The translations under genes and the position numbers were made by a program. From positions 3,472,001 to 3,536,000 of the forward strand of contig JBHGNT010000005.1 of the NCBI GenBank assembly GCA_043228905.1: a stretch of DNA of 64,000 nt, in the 5' to 3' direction. Below are positions 13,541 to 26,500 of the stretch, in pieces. Below the pieces are notes generated by a model, which had not been told where the DNA came from, did no database searches, and worked only from the letters and a program-made list of their open reading frames with translations. This DNA comes from Azolla caroliniana. Its lineage: Eukaryota > Plantae > Polypodiophyta. Numbering within the stretch: the first letter of the stretch is position 1; the number at the start of each line of letters is the position of its first letter.

Positions 13541-14671
13541 CAATGATTTGTCTTCCTAGCTTGGTATTGTATTCAAAAAACTTTTTCAAGTTTTTTGTTG
13601 GAATGATTCAAAAAACCGTGGGTGCTGGAATGATTCGCAACAGCTGGATGGATAAAGGCATTTTAGACGATGATTTGAAGTCGTTTTGGAGGAGACTATG
13701 GGCATTGGATATGCCAAAAAAAATTAAGGCTTGGTGGTGGCTTCTTAGCCACAAGGCGATACTTGTAGGCGAATGGTTGAGCTCCCGTGGTGGTGAGGCT
13801 AGTTGTAAGTTATGTGGACATGCTTTGGAATCAATCTCTCACTGTTTTTGGAATTGTACAAAGGCGATTAACATTTGGAGTAGAAGCCTTCGAATCGTGG
13901 CAGCCTGTGGTGTGAAAGGGAATGTTGTGTGGGGCTCAATACAAGGGTTGTCCTTAAAAGTTGAAAGTTGGGGTGAATGGTTAAACCCACAAGGACATGG
14001 ATTTATGGAGCAGGGCGGTAGCGTGTTCCAATGTGATGGGGTGAGACTAGGAACAAATTCTGAATTTTTTGAGGAGATTTGGCTTATGGTGGCGTGTTTG
14101 ACGGCCTGACACATGTGGATTAGGCGTTGTAAGGTTGTTTTTCAGCAACAAAAGATCTCATGCGGGGAGATGATGTTAAATATCTGGTTTGATCTTGTGG
14201 CTTGGTTACACGATCGATATGATTCGATTCAAGGGGATTCGGAAGAAGTAGAAAGGGCAAGGTCAAAGTTCTTACTGAAATGGAGTAGCTCTCCCATGCT
14301 AGTCAAATCTTCATCGAGGCCTAAGTGGAATTACCAAGCACCTAGGTGGTTATTTCCACCGATGGCTTCCAATATTGTACATGGGTTGTAATTATGTATG
14401 TATAGCTGACACAACGTGCGTTAGTATAATCATGTTACTCGGATAATGTTGTTAGAAAATAGTTAGTTGGGAGTTGTAGAGTTGGGGCAAAATAGGGTTT
14501 AATTCAATTTTGCTTGAGTTAAGGATCGACTAAGTTTTTTGCTGTTTTTGGTTGATAGTTTTGGAGTTGTTTCTCCAAGTTGTATATGTTGATCCCATTG
14601 TGGATTTGGATAAACTTTGTTGTATTCTATTTGCTAACTAATGCGAAGTAGTGGTTTTTGGTAAAAAAAAA
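13541..14671 (+). mobile_element. 5'-truncated L1-type LINE (zf-RVT region, 3' UTR, poly-A)
   Basis: FWRRLWALDMPKKIKAWWW...CKLCGHALESISHCFWNC (zf-RVT), an in-frame stop at 14107-14109, then WIRRCKVVFQ...KWNYQAPRWLFP. A-tract at 14663-14671. Imperfect TSD aaatagcattgggggt / aaatagcacaggggggt. Confidence 0.88.
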
Positions 14672-14861
14672 TAGCACAGGGGGGTTTCTTCCTTATTATA
14701 AGGATAATACTTTTGTGGGCTTTTAAAGGGGATGGAGTATAGTTAAGTAGGTGTTCCATAGTCTCGTCAATTCAAGACATACACAATAATATCCGGATTA
14801 GACCAATTATGTAAATTAATAATGTGGATATATAATATTTAATCATCTCATTTTCTTCGAT

Positions 14862-17112
14862 AAGGGTTTACTACCACAAACCCAAATATCCCACAAAGGA
14901 TTTACATCTTTAGGATGGAGATCAATAATACATACCTTTCTTGTTTTTTTTTTTTTTTTTTTTCAAAGTAAAGCTACTTTCCCATTAGTTAGGAAGGATT
15001 ATTACATAGAGTCTATAAGGAGATTTATACACACATCGGGGAGACTTCCTCCGATCAAGCCAAAGAAGATGAGCCACTTACATTGCCTTGCGGCCTAACT
15101 TAATGTAAGAAGCTACCTATATCCAAGGCAATGCCCTTCAATGTGGCCTCGTACGAGTCGGCTCTTGGGGCCTACACCGAAAAGAGGGTGGCAGGTGAAT
15201 AGGAAACAACCAACGTGGGGGCTGGTAGTTCCACCTCGGGCTACTCCCGCCTTGCATCACCATAGGTGTGCTCCGCCATTTCTGCCAAAAGCGCAAACGG
15301 GCAGTGGTCACGTCGGTGGAGTGGCTGCAGATCTCTTCTAGTTGCCCTCGTAGGCAGCTGATAAGCGCGAACCATATGTCCATGATCACTTCCTCCGGGG
15401 GGCGTACCGTACCTTGGAAGACCTTGAGGCAGCGCGCTTTCCATATATACCACAAGGTGAAACCAGCGATCAACATCCAGATTTCCGGAAACCTAGGGGA
15501 TGCGGGCTGCAAGCCTCTTTCAAAATGGATCTTGACGATTTTGCCTCTCGTGCATACATAGCACCAACTATCCGCATTGACGGCGTCCGTCCACCCTTCG
15601 ACCGAGTGATCAATCCATGCTGCAGCGCTCCACGAGGCTGTTCCTTCAACGTCACATGCCACAAGGAGGCGAGTCACTCTATCCCATACCTTTTGAGCTT
15701 GAGGGCAATCCCACAAACAATGTCTCAGAGACTCATTAGGTAGAGAGCACAGTGGGCAGCCTAACGGGCCGCCCCGTTTATCTAACCATTCGCCAACGGG
15801 CACCACATTATGACCGATCTGCCACCAAAAGAGCTTGATCTTTTCAGGCATGTGGAGACGCCAAAGACCCTTCCAAAAGGCAATGAGCGCCTCATCGGGG
15901 ATGCCCAATGTTCGCCAGCCGTTGCGAAGGGGGCCGCCTCGCTGCAGTTGCAAAGTCCGACCCAATTTAGTGGTGTAATCGAAGAAGTGGTGGAGTCTAT
16001 CGTCATGTTTCCATCTGAAATCCCCGGGGTCCCAATCCAGATCGACAAGGGGATGGCAACCGTATACCCTTAACCTCCAATGGGGTTCCACCTTAGCAAC
16101 ATCCGGGTCTGTCTTCCAGATGTTATCAATCTGTGCCACCACTCGGATTGGGTGCCAAGAGCCGCTGCTCTGGCTGTCCCCAAAAATTGTATCACTCCCC
16201 GATCCGCTCATGCCCTTTAGCGCCTTGACCATTCCAGCCTCGTCAAAGAGACCGAACCATGCATGTTCTCTCGCCACCCCCATCGGAACCCTGTCAACTG
16301 CCTCAGCTATCAGTCTCCGCATTTTCGTAGCTCCCTTGAGGGGAGGGAAAAGGACCTCTTGGGCTCTTCCTGAATCAGCCATGCGTCTCCAATCGTCTAT
16401 AGATAGGAGGCCTGTTTGTGCCAACTTTCCCCATGCTAGGCCCTTAAGTTGCCCTAGCATCGCGTTGTCATTCGTTCGCACATGAGGATTCCAGAATAGT
16501 GGCTGTCTAGTCCATTCGGTCAATGTTTCCGGGGTGTGCTTGACCAAATGTTGTCGTATATGGCACCATGCCCGCAAGATGGAGTTCGTGACCCTATCCT
16601 CCGGATGGCAAGCCAGCCTGGGTGGGACTCCACTCGTGCAGCACCAATTCAAGGAGTCGGGCCAAGGCCTACCATACTTGGGAGTCCCTACTTGCAGCCT
16701 GTTGCGAAGAAGTACCTTCCAGCACCCCTTACCTGGCAGGAGGCAGCGAACCACCATTTTAGCCAGCAATGCACGACTCTGCATTAAGGGGTCTATGAGG
16801 CCAAGCCCCCCTTTGGCCCGCGGTTGCGTTAACCAACACCATGAGACTCTGGCGGCAACCCTAATAAATAGGCTTCCACTCCACTAAATTGAGAAGGTCA
16901 TCCTCCATAGGGACCCATTGCAAATTTCTCTTGATGGTTTGGCAATATCCTCCCCCTCGATGGTTGTTTCCTACATAGGCGGAGTTTGTTTTACCTTATG
17001 ACATAGTGGAGGCTATATTTTTTTCTCTACTATCTTTCCCGCCATTGGATTGTATGTATCGTTGTATACACTTATTGAATGGAAACTACGGTGTAGTTTT
17101 GAAAAAAAAAAA
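14862..17112 (+). mobile_element. Older short L1 copy (pieces 14862-14940 and ~16886-17112) interrupted by a younger LINE
   Basis: The left piece encodes ...GWRSIIHTF (compare IWLMLLHTL). The right piece encodes WQYPPPRWLFPT* and ends in poly-A at 17102-17112. Near-perfect TSD catctcattttcttcgat (14844-14861) / catctcattttctctcgat (17113-17131). Confidence 0.75.
14941..16885 (-). mobile_element. Young 5'-truncated L1-type LINE with an uninterrupted ORF2 C-terminal part
   Basis: Open frame from ~16884 to 15138: WSG...ARVSWCWLTQPRAKGGLGLID...FWKGLWRLHMPEKIKLFWW...CPLCSLPNESLRHCLWDC...WYIWKARC...RWNYQPPRWLFP. Poly-T at 14941-14963 is the poly-A tail. GC content is visibly higher than the flanks. 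Confidence 0.93.
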
Positions 17113-17539
17113 CATCTCATTTTCTCTCGATCCTTGAATGTGTTAATCTTTGTAGTGCTTTTGGTTTAATATAGTAATCTTTAGTGCAAATAATCGTAAC
17201 AAATTATTGTCACACTACAATTTTAGTATTAATATAATTCAACCAATGAAAGTTGGACTCTCTTCTAAAGACAAAACTGGAAAGTCCTAAATGTTTTTTT
17301 GATGATTTTATAAAAAAATTGATTTTCTCTAGTTTTAAGAAATACTAGAAACTATAAAGTACAAATTGTGCGTTAAAATCTCCCACAAAAATTGTGTCAA
17401 AGAAGGCTTTTAAAAGGGTAGATTACTTAAAGAGCACAATTACAAAGAGGGTCAAGGGTCGCATAAAGAATCACATACTAAAATCTTCATGACATAACAA
17501 TGTTTTTTTTTAGATGGCCAAAATGTTCCTTTATATTTT

Positions 17540-17821
17540 AGGTAAAATGCCATAATGATTTAAAATTCTTTAGAAAACATCATGGTGCCTTTATATTTTT
17601 ACCAATATGGGTATCATTATAAGTTATAAATAGCCAATACAAGTGTTTTGATACGGCTACTCAACATCTGTAAAACCAATACATACATGTATTTTTTTTG
17701 TTTTGCAAAATGTGACTACTCATTTTAATACATTCAAATAATATGAGTATTTCAGCAATTTAAAAACGTAAGGGATTGTGGTGATTTGTGACAAAGCTAG
17801 GGTTATTTTGGTGTTTTACCC
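17540..17821. mobile_element. Possible decayed MITE
   Basis: Weak inverted ends (ggtaaaatgcc... / ...ggtgttttacc). No convincing TSD. Confidence 0.3.
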
Positions 17822-18388
17822 TACTTTTTGTGGACTTGGTAAAAAATGGTAGACATCCTTTAAGAAATATTGAATTTCAAAATGGGTCTTGAAATTTAGA
17901 TATAATTAATTGGACCTATGTGAGATCAATGAATGAATAGCCTAGAAAATGAATGACGTCTGCATGTTTCGGTCTTTAATGAATTCAGTTTGTATCAAAA
18001 TGCTTCGTTTTCTTTCAATATATTTTTAATGTCATTAGCTAGTAGTCCTCAGTTAAGCACATAAATACTTTGAGCGTTTCGAAAACAAACAAGCATGCAT
18101 TTGGGCTTTAAAATTTTGATCGAGTTGAGCTAGCTATGCGAAATTTCAGAAACCATAAAGGAAAGATTGTCGTGAACATTGGAGAGGTGACTTGGGAAAT
18201 TGTGATGAATATTAAACTAGTAACTTTTCCTAATGTTATGATAACTTATATATACTTTATGATTTTACTTTGGTCACAGTAAAACAACCATTCTTGGGCT
18301 CATCAAGGTAAACATGCCACCATTTACTAATATCTCGAGCTTCGTGCATAAAGTTATAATGGCTACCCTAGTCAAATAATATTAAAAA

Positions 18389-18701
18389 GGGAAAAGTACC
18401 AAGATACCCTTGGAAGTTCGTCTATTTACTAGAATGCCCCTAAAAGTTCCAAATTTACCAAACTACCCCTATGTCCAAAAAATTATACTTTATAAAGTAA
18501 TTATACACTCAAATCTTTGGTAAATATGGCTAGTTCAGGTCCATTTCTTCCATCTTTGGTAAATAGGGCTTGTAGATTTGAGTGTATAATTACTTTATAA
18601 AGTGTAATTTTTTGGACATAGGGGTAGTTTGGTAAATTTGGAACTTCCAGGGGCATTCTGGTAAATAGACGAACTTCTAGGGGTATCCTGGTACTTTTCC
18701 C
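18389..18701. mobile_element. Mutator-like MITE (foldback) with ~130-bp terminal inverted repeats
   Basis: GGGAAAAGTACCAAGATACCC...ACACTCAAATCT (18389-~18516) is a near-perfect inverse of AGATTTGAGTGT...GGGTATCCTGGTACTTTTCCC (~18574-18701). The 9-bp flanks tattaaaaa / ttttaaaaa match at 8 of 9 positions, the TSD size typical of Mutator elements. Confidence 0.9.
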
Positions 18702-21686
18702 TTTTAAAAACAACATATACATATATTTTGACTCAAGTGAGCACCACATTGGTTGCCCTCACCTCCATCTCGTGTAAGTAAACATTGCTCTACTAATGTC
18801 TTGAAAGTTGAACCTCATGTACATAGTTCAAGAATAGTGTGTATTGTCAATGATGCTAAGGGAAAATGTATGAAGACAAGCTTAAATAATATAACCACTC
18901 CGCCTTTACCCTTCTTTTTTTCAACATATTGTTTCATTGGTTTGATTAAAGGGAGAAATATATTATGGGTGTTCAATTTTCCTAGCGCTATGATGAGAAC
19001 TCATAATTATAGTTGTCTTATTCATGGTACAAAACAGTACACTCGACCCATCTTTGCATCATGTCAAAGGATTGATGTGGATTGCCTGAGTAGCAACACT
19101 TGGATGATTGTTCCTCAAAGTGTGTACTTTACCAAATCAATTATTTACGGCGACTTATTTTCCAGTATAGGGGTGTGTATGTGTGTGTGAGATGAGTACC
19201 ATTGATGTTGGGCCTTTTTGTTTAAAATTGATGAATAGTGCACTATAGCTTTTAACACCACACATGGGTGCATGTCATAAAGGATGAGATTTTGTGGATA
19301 CGCATATGCATCTACAAAGAGGGTTAAGGAGCTACCTATTATATTAGTGGAAAAGCCGTATTGTGAATGCGGAAACCTTTTAAAACACGAGGATTTTGTG
19401 AATCTTTGCTTTCCAATGATATTTTATTTTCACAACTTTAAAGGATGTATTTTATTCCTCATAACGCTAGGTTAATGAAGATTGTTCTTGAGGAATGGAA
19501 CCACCTCACGTGAATTTGTGAGACTATGCATATTATTCCGATTGTGGTAAACATAGGGCCAAAATATGTGAAAAGAGGTTATTTTCAAGCTGTCGAATAA
19601 TGCTTTAGGAGTGGGTATAGAATTTGATAGCACTAATGTAAATGAGCCTCCTTTTTAAGTTTTTCTTTGGTGTAACTTTGATAGCACTAATGTAAAAAAA
19701 TGTATACCTATAATGTCACATATTACCTCTTTGACGTGGACAATGTTTCTATATACACTCGATACTCAAATGGAATGATGTTATCATTCCATTGGCCTAT
19801 TAAGAGCCTCATCTTTGCGTAAGTCACAATGGTTATATGGTTTAAAATATTTGGTCTCTTCAAACTTCATTGGATCCATTTTTGTTCTCTTGTTTGTTTC
19901 TCTTCTCATATGGCCGAGAAGCATGTTATCATGTTTTGGACGTGCCCTTGTTTTTGTTGAAAGGAGTAATTTTGAAAATAAGCAATAATGTTGTTTGAAA
20001 TTCTAATGCATATATGTACCTAATGTTGGTAATTTCCCTATATCGATTAAGATTTAATGATGTGCTCATTGCGAAATTATCATATGATTACAAGTTACTC
20101 TTTGAGTCAGAGATTCATAACCTGTATTTAGGATTATATGGTTTCATATTAATCATTAGTTTGACACATGCAAAGACAATCTTGCAATATTTACAAGGTA
20201 GATAAAAGGCATTCTTTAATAATAGTGCCCACCCAAATGGTGAGTTTTTCATAATTCCCACTTAAGTTGGATGTCTAACCCATACGTAGTTTAGAATTTG
20301 CAAATCAAGATTCGACACCTCTTTGCATCTTCCTAATATTTCAAATTCCAATCAAAGTATTAGAGTGAGATGATATTGTCCAATCAATCTAATCCATCAT
20401 GTTTCATTTACATGTAATAACCATGGAACCTAATTGCACGTATTAGAATAAGATGTGGAGGACCTTTACAATCAATTGGAGAAATTTATGGAGCCAACGC
20501 ATACCAAGCGATCTAAGATCAAAATCTATAGATAGTAAAACAATTCATAACGTACAAATTCCTTTTGAATTTTAATAGCAACATAATATTTGCTCGTAAA
20601 TGGTAACCTTTTTGACAAATGAATATAAAACAAGCTTCTACAATTTCATAGTTTTCTAAGTATGCGTTCACATAAAATTTGTTGTTTTTGTGACCTACAA
20701 CACGATTTTCAAATATTGTTGTTTCGTGTTGTCTTCTAAAAAGGTATGAAGTACGACTTGAATACATGGGAAAGTAATTATCTTTAAGGTACGTGATGAT
20801 AGAAGTTCGAGTTGGGTCACGTGAAAACGTGTAAAACACACCTCGAGGATGAGGTTACAAAGGTTTGTGCACGAAGTCAATGTATTTGCATCGATGTAGC
20901 TCAATCTAAAAGATAATTTATTATTCTATTCGTTTGATGAAGGACAATATTACTAGATAAATAGACCAAGAATTATGTGACAAATGACATAAGAAGAATA
21001 CAAAAATAATAATCTCTAGTGTAGACCCAACCAATCACTCTATAAGCAAAGTATGCAAAGGAGTAGTTGCACCCATACCACACCCATTAGTTGGGCGGGG
21101 TCTATGTCTCCATCATGTTGTCCATTACAGAGAGAGATGGTCGTGTCAACTATTCGGAGACTACGAGGTTTGTTTGTTCAATTCACCGACGAGTTATATA
21201 GTTTAGGAGCAAAGATGAGGGCGGGGGGCATTATTCTACATAAAGCAATGTTGATGGGTGGGCGGCCATCGAGCTTAAGCTACATACATATTGTGGGCGG
21301 CCTTTGAGCATAGGCTACATACATATGTACATACTACATATTACATACATAAATAAAACGAGAGGATGGAATTTTACATCTGATTTAAAACATGTGCTGT
21401 ATAATGTATCGTATATGTATTTACACCGACAATATGTATGTATGTAGATACTAGATAGACAGATATACATACATATACGTACGCCGTTCGTACAAAGGCC
21501 ATATGTACGTACGTACATGGCTCGCCATGATGGGTCCCCCTGCCCATGCATACATATATTGATATATACATATGTATGTATGGCCAATCTATGGATATGG
21601 CGGATTCTCAGTACAGCGCTAAAAGGCCATCAACGTCGTAATCATTACTAGGAAGATGAAGAACCGTCACGTCGTTGCCACGCCTA

Positions 21687-21695
21687 AACCCTAAT
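21687..21695 (+). promoter_or_regulatory. Telo-box (AAACCCTAA) near the presumed transcription start of the repeat-protein gene
   Basis: Exact AAACCCTAA followed by a pyrimidine-rich leader and a probable 5'-UTR intron (donor ~21870, acceptor ~23499). Confidence 0.45.
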
Positions 21696-23573
21696 TCAGA
21701 CAACCTTCTTCCATCATCATAGCCATCATCATCATCATCTTCATTTTCTTTTTTTTCTGCAGCTCAACTCTCTTCTTTTTTCCCCGAAAGATTAAAACAC
21801 CCCTAAACTCACATCAGAGCTATCAATGTTTCTGCGTATTCCTCCGCCTCCTCCTTGTATTACCTGCAGGTGTGCTTTCTTTGCTCTAATTACTCTCTCT
21901 CTCTCTCTCTGTATGCCTCTATGTATTTTCTTTTCTTCGTTTCTCTCCCGCTCAATGCATACCTACCATCCTTTGGCTCTCTCTCTCCCTCGATTTGTTG
22001 TAGAAAGTTTTAGATCTATCTCCATTGTTACAATATTGCTGCAATATAGTCTGAATTGTTTTCTATTGATGTTTTTGTGATATGGCGTGACTTTTTTTGC
22101 TATATTACTGTGTTTTGCTGTAATGTGGTCCAGATTTTTTGCTATGTTACTCTGAATTGTTGCAACGTAGTCCTGATTTTTTTTGCTACCGCTACCGTGA
22201 CCTTTCTGCAGTGTATCTGAAATGTTTTGCTGCGTTACTGTGAATTACTCTGGTCTGAAACTTCGGTATGCTACTGCGAACTTTTGCAATGTAGTCTGAT
22301 TTTTTTAGCTATGTTTCTGTGAAATTTTGCAATGTAGTGTGATTTGCTGAAATACAAGCTGTTAGTTTAGTCTGCCTCTCTGTCTGAAAAGCTTTTAAAC
22401 AAAACAGCAGACCTTCTTTTCACTGTGAATTGTCGCAATTTTGTTTTTACTGTGTGAAATTCGAAAGACTTTTATCATAGTAGATAACTTTTTTTCCTAA
22501 TATATCAGACATCTTTGGCTTAAATTGATCTATCTGCCTCTCTCCATTTAGATTCAAATCATGAAAAGCTTTGTTGTTTCAGCTGTCCATACAGACAAGA
22601 GGTTGTCGAAAGTAAAAATTTTAGTTATAAATGAAAGGCACCAGGTCTCTAGAACATAGTGAAAGACCAAAAGATAAAGAAACACCTGTTATTAGTAGAT
22701 CGTTTAGTGCAGATCATAGTATGTAATATATAAGTTGTTGTTTTGAAGCAATTCCAGCTAATAATAACGAAAACCAGCAAGAAAGAAAGAAAAGCAGTAA
22801 AAAAAATTGCCCTTTCAGAAGAAGGTACGTTTCTTTGCCGGTTAATTGGGTTTTGAATCCAAAATTATTTATTTTCATGAACACATAGTTTTTATTTATT
22901 TGATATTCAAAATGATCAAAGGATATGCTTGGTGGTAGCCTTTATCTTTTCGCCAGCATTTGTTTTTAAATATAGGGAACAATATTCTCATCATAATCTT
23001 GTTTTGTTTTCCAGACTTGAATCTTTGATTGTATTTTCTATTATATATACATGGAATAAAAAGTGCTTTTGAGCTTTGATGCTATGTTCTTATTCTAAAA
23101 TCTATTTTTGATGCATTTAAAATTTCATAGTTTATGCAGTGAAGGATACAAAACATCAAGAGAGAGGGGAATCTTCTCTGTGGAAATTTATTTTGACATT
23201 TAATGATTTTCACATTAATTTAGGATTTGTAATCAGTGTTTGGATTTTTGAAAGCCTTATTGAGAATAAAGAAATCTAGATTTACTTAGGTGGCGAGATT
23301 TGACTGATTCTTGTTAAAATTCTGCAGAAATCTTGACCATAGCACATTAGGTTACAATTAAATTTGTAATATAAATGTTATGTATACACATTATTTTCTT
23401 CCTTTCGTAATTAATCTCTCCACTTGCCTAAGTATAAGTACTTTGTAACCTTCGTGAAGAATGTCATAGATGTAACCATTATTTTGCAATTCCGGTTAGG
23501 TCTGAAGGTCTTTTCCTACTATTGTAAAGGAAGCAAAGCAAATTTTCTGATACTGATTAAAAAGAGGAAGACT

Positions 23574-26500
23574 ATGGAAGGGAGTCACCCTGCCTCTGCA
23601 GGTGGGTTCTTTCAAAAATCCATTGTGTATATATTATTCATGTTGTTTAACCAAGATCACATCAAGATTCCATCTTTATTCCCATGTTATTAAAAATCCT
23701 GCATGACATTGAATAAAGCTGCAGAGGCCTGCCAGAACGTCACATAGGCAAATTTATGGTGTTATATAGAAACCTATGATTTCTTTCACAGGGCAATTGC
23801 GCACAGAAGACTCATGGATATGCAATCGCTGTGGTTGGATTTATCCAAACCCACACCCTAGTGCAAAACATAGGAGGAATCACAAGAAGATTTGTAGCAA
23901 AACAAAAAGTTCTGAGTTGAGGAGAAACAATCCCAAGGGAGGTTCATCAGGAGAAGAATCATCAGATGAGCATCATTCTGCAAAGGAAGCTAAAGATGGT
24001 ATGTGTCGTTCACTCTGAAATCTTTAATTCATCATGCATAATAGCTGTAAAACTAACAAAAGCACAATCATACCTTCTTTGACTAATATTGACTATTCTT
24101 GCGTGTTTCAGTTTCCCTCCACGTATAGGATTCATAATGCATTATTCGTTCTCTCTGAACTACTCTAAGGTTGCTTAATCATGATTTCTAATAGTTTTCT
24201 GCTCTGTAAAGGAAGATGATACTAAGTCTTCAAGTTCAGAATCTCATTCATTATACCTTGGCAAGATCTTTCTGGGAAAACAAAAAAACATAACTATAGT
24301 CATTAGGGTTAAATAAAATTTGCTTATCTACCATGTTATAATTTAGGATTTATCAAGTGGCGGCAAGACGTAAGAATTCTTAGATGCAAATAGCAGTGAT
24401 ATTTATGTACATGCTTATAATTTTCAATGCCATGTTTTTTATTAGTGGAAAATGTTGATTCTTAGAAAATGTTATGGTTGGTGAACTCAGGCATTGAACA
24501 GAAATCCCCTGAAGGTCAATCTGAAGCTTCTGCTCTTACATCAAAGCCAGAGAAATGCACGCCAATTTTGCCCCAAAGTGATGCTATTCTAGAAACTGTG
24601 TCATCTACTTATATTTCTGGCACTGAAACTAGTTCTGCAGAAGACAACAACCTTCCTATTTCAGTTGTCACATCAGATGCTTTAACAGAAACTTGTAATG
24701 CTGCTAACTCATCCTTATCAATCACATCCAATGAGATAAAGGATTCAACCATGGAATTGAGGAAAATTAATGCGAATGACTCAGACCTGAATGGAACCAA
24801 TGAGTCGGAACTCAAAGAAAAAACTGCCTTCGTGGAAGAAGAAACAAGTACACTTTGTATTATGCTGGCAGGAAACCTAAAGCTACAAAATGTCAATGAA
24901 GAATATTTAGATGGTACTTTTCAAAAAGAGTCTTTGAAAGGAGAATCAGCAATGGCCATCAAAGGGTTGCCACAATGTGATACTGCAAACCCTACCAAAT
25001 TATCAAATGATACCGTACAACCAGCAGCAGAAGAAATACTTTTCAAGGTTGGGATGATCGATGAAATGCTTGCTAATGAGGATCATTTTGACAATCGAAC
25101 AGGGTATATGCCTGAAGATGAAAGTCCCTCAGATAAAGTATGCGGAGATACAGTTATAAATGCATTTAAGAGTGTGAAAGGGGACCCTTCCCAAATCATG
25201 GCTGCTATTGATGATGATGATAATAAGGAAATAACTGAACCAATGGATTTGTTTGAAATAGATGCCATTCAAAATGGGGATCCAACAAAGCATGCAATAG
25301 TGGAAAATACTACTATGCAACAGAATATGAGTACGAAACAGAATCTTGATGTGGATGATGATCTAGATGCCCCAAAATTTGCAATAACAGCTGCTATTTC
25401 TGAAGATCCTAGCAAACAGAATCTTCGGTGGTCTTCTGATCTTTTTGGCAACAATGGTTATTCAAAAACTGTGAATGTACTTCAAGAGGGGACATGCCTC
25501 ACTCCAAATGAAATATCCTTGCAGGGATTCATGTGTTCCTCTGTCATTGAGCAAGAATGTGATACTAGAGAAGCATCATGCAGAAAAACGGGAAAAACAT
25601 TTGATCTGATGCAGAAAGCTACTACAACCATAGGTAGATCAGATTCAATAGACCAGAAAATCAATGAACATGGGTATGTGACTATTCCATCAGAACTACT
25701 AAAACAGATTGCAAAACAGCCAGAAACCCAATATCTTGAGACCTCAAGTCTGCCGAGCCATTTAAATGTTATCAATACGGATTCATCTAATCAAAGTCTT
25801 CAAGAACATTCGGATGTTCTCATCACCAAGAAATTCATAAAATCTGAGGGAAGTCTTGAAGATGTTGCATCAACATTAACTACTGTAAAAGACACTCATT
25901 TCGGTGACATAGTCGTGAAAGAAAATGATATACAACATGTAGTTGATATTGAAGTAAAGTTTGATTCAGTGAAAATACTCGAGTACTCAAAAGTGTCAAG
26001 TCCTTTATCTGATTTAAACACGAATTCATTAAACCAAAGTCTTCTGCAACATTCTGGTGTCATCACAACTGAGAGAGCCAATGAATCCAAAGGAAATCTT
26101 GAAGGAGTATCGACACAAACTGTAAAAAATAATGGAAAAGATACTCATTTCAGCGCCATGGTTGTAAAAGGTGATATGCAAGATGCATTGTATATTGAAG
26201 AGGGGCTCAATTCAAAGAAAATACTTGAGGGCTCAAACCAGCCAAGTCCTTTACCTGATAGAAGCACATTGAGCCAACTTGTTCAGACAGTTTCTGAGTT
26301 CCTCATTGTTGAGAGAGACGTCAAATCCGAGGGAAACCTTCAAGAAGTAGGATCTACATTAATTGTAGAAAGTAAAGTAAAAGATACTCATTCCCGTGAC
26401 ATGATTTGCAAAGATAGTGAGATTCAAGTGTTGGCGGATATTGAAGAGAAGCTCAATTTGGTAAAACTGCTTGAGAGCTCGAAACTGCTAAAACCTTTAA

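Noticed and set aside
21315-21600. ORFs and palindromes in the TACA/TACG-rich tract
   Set aside because: Low-complexity microsatellite-like sequence explains both.
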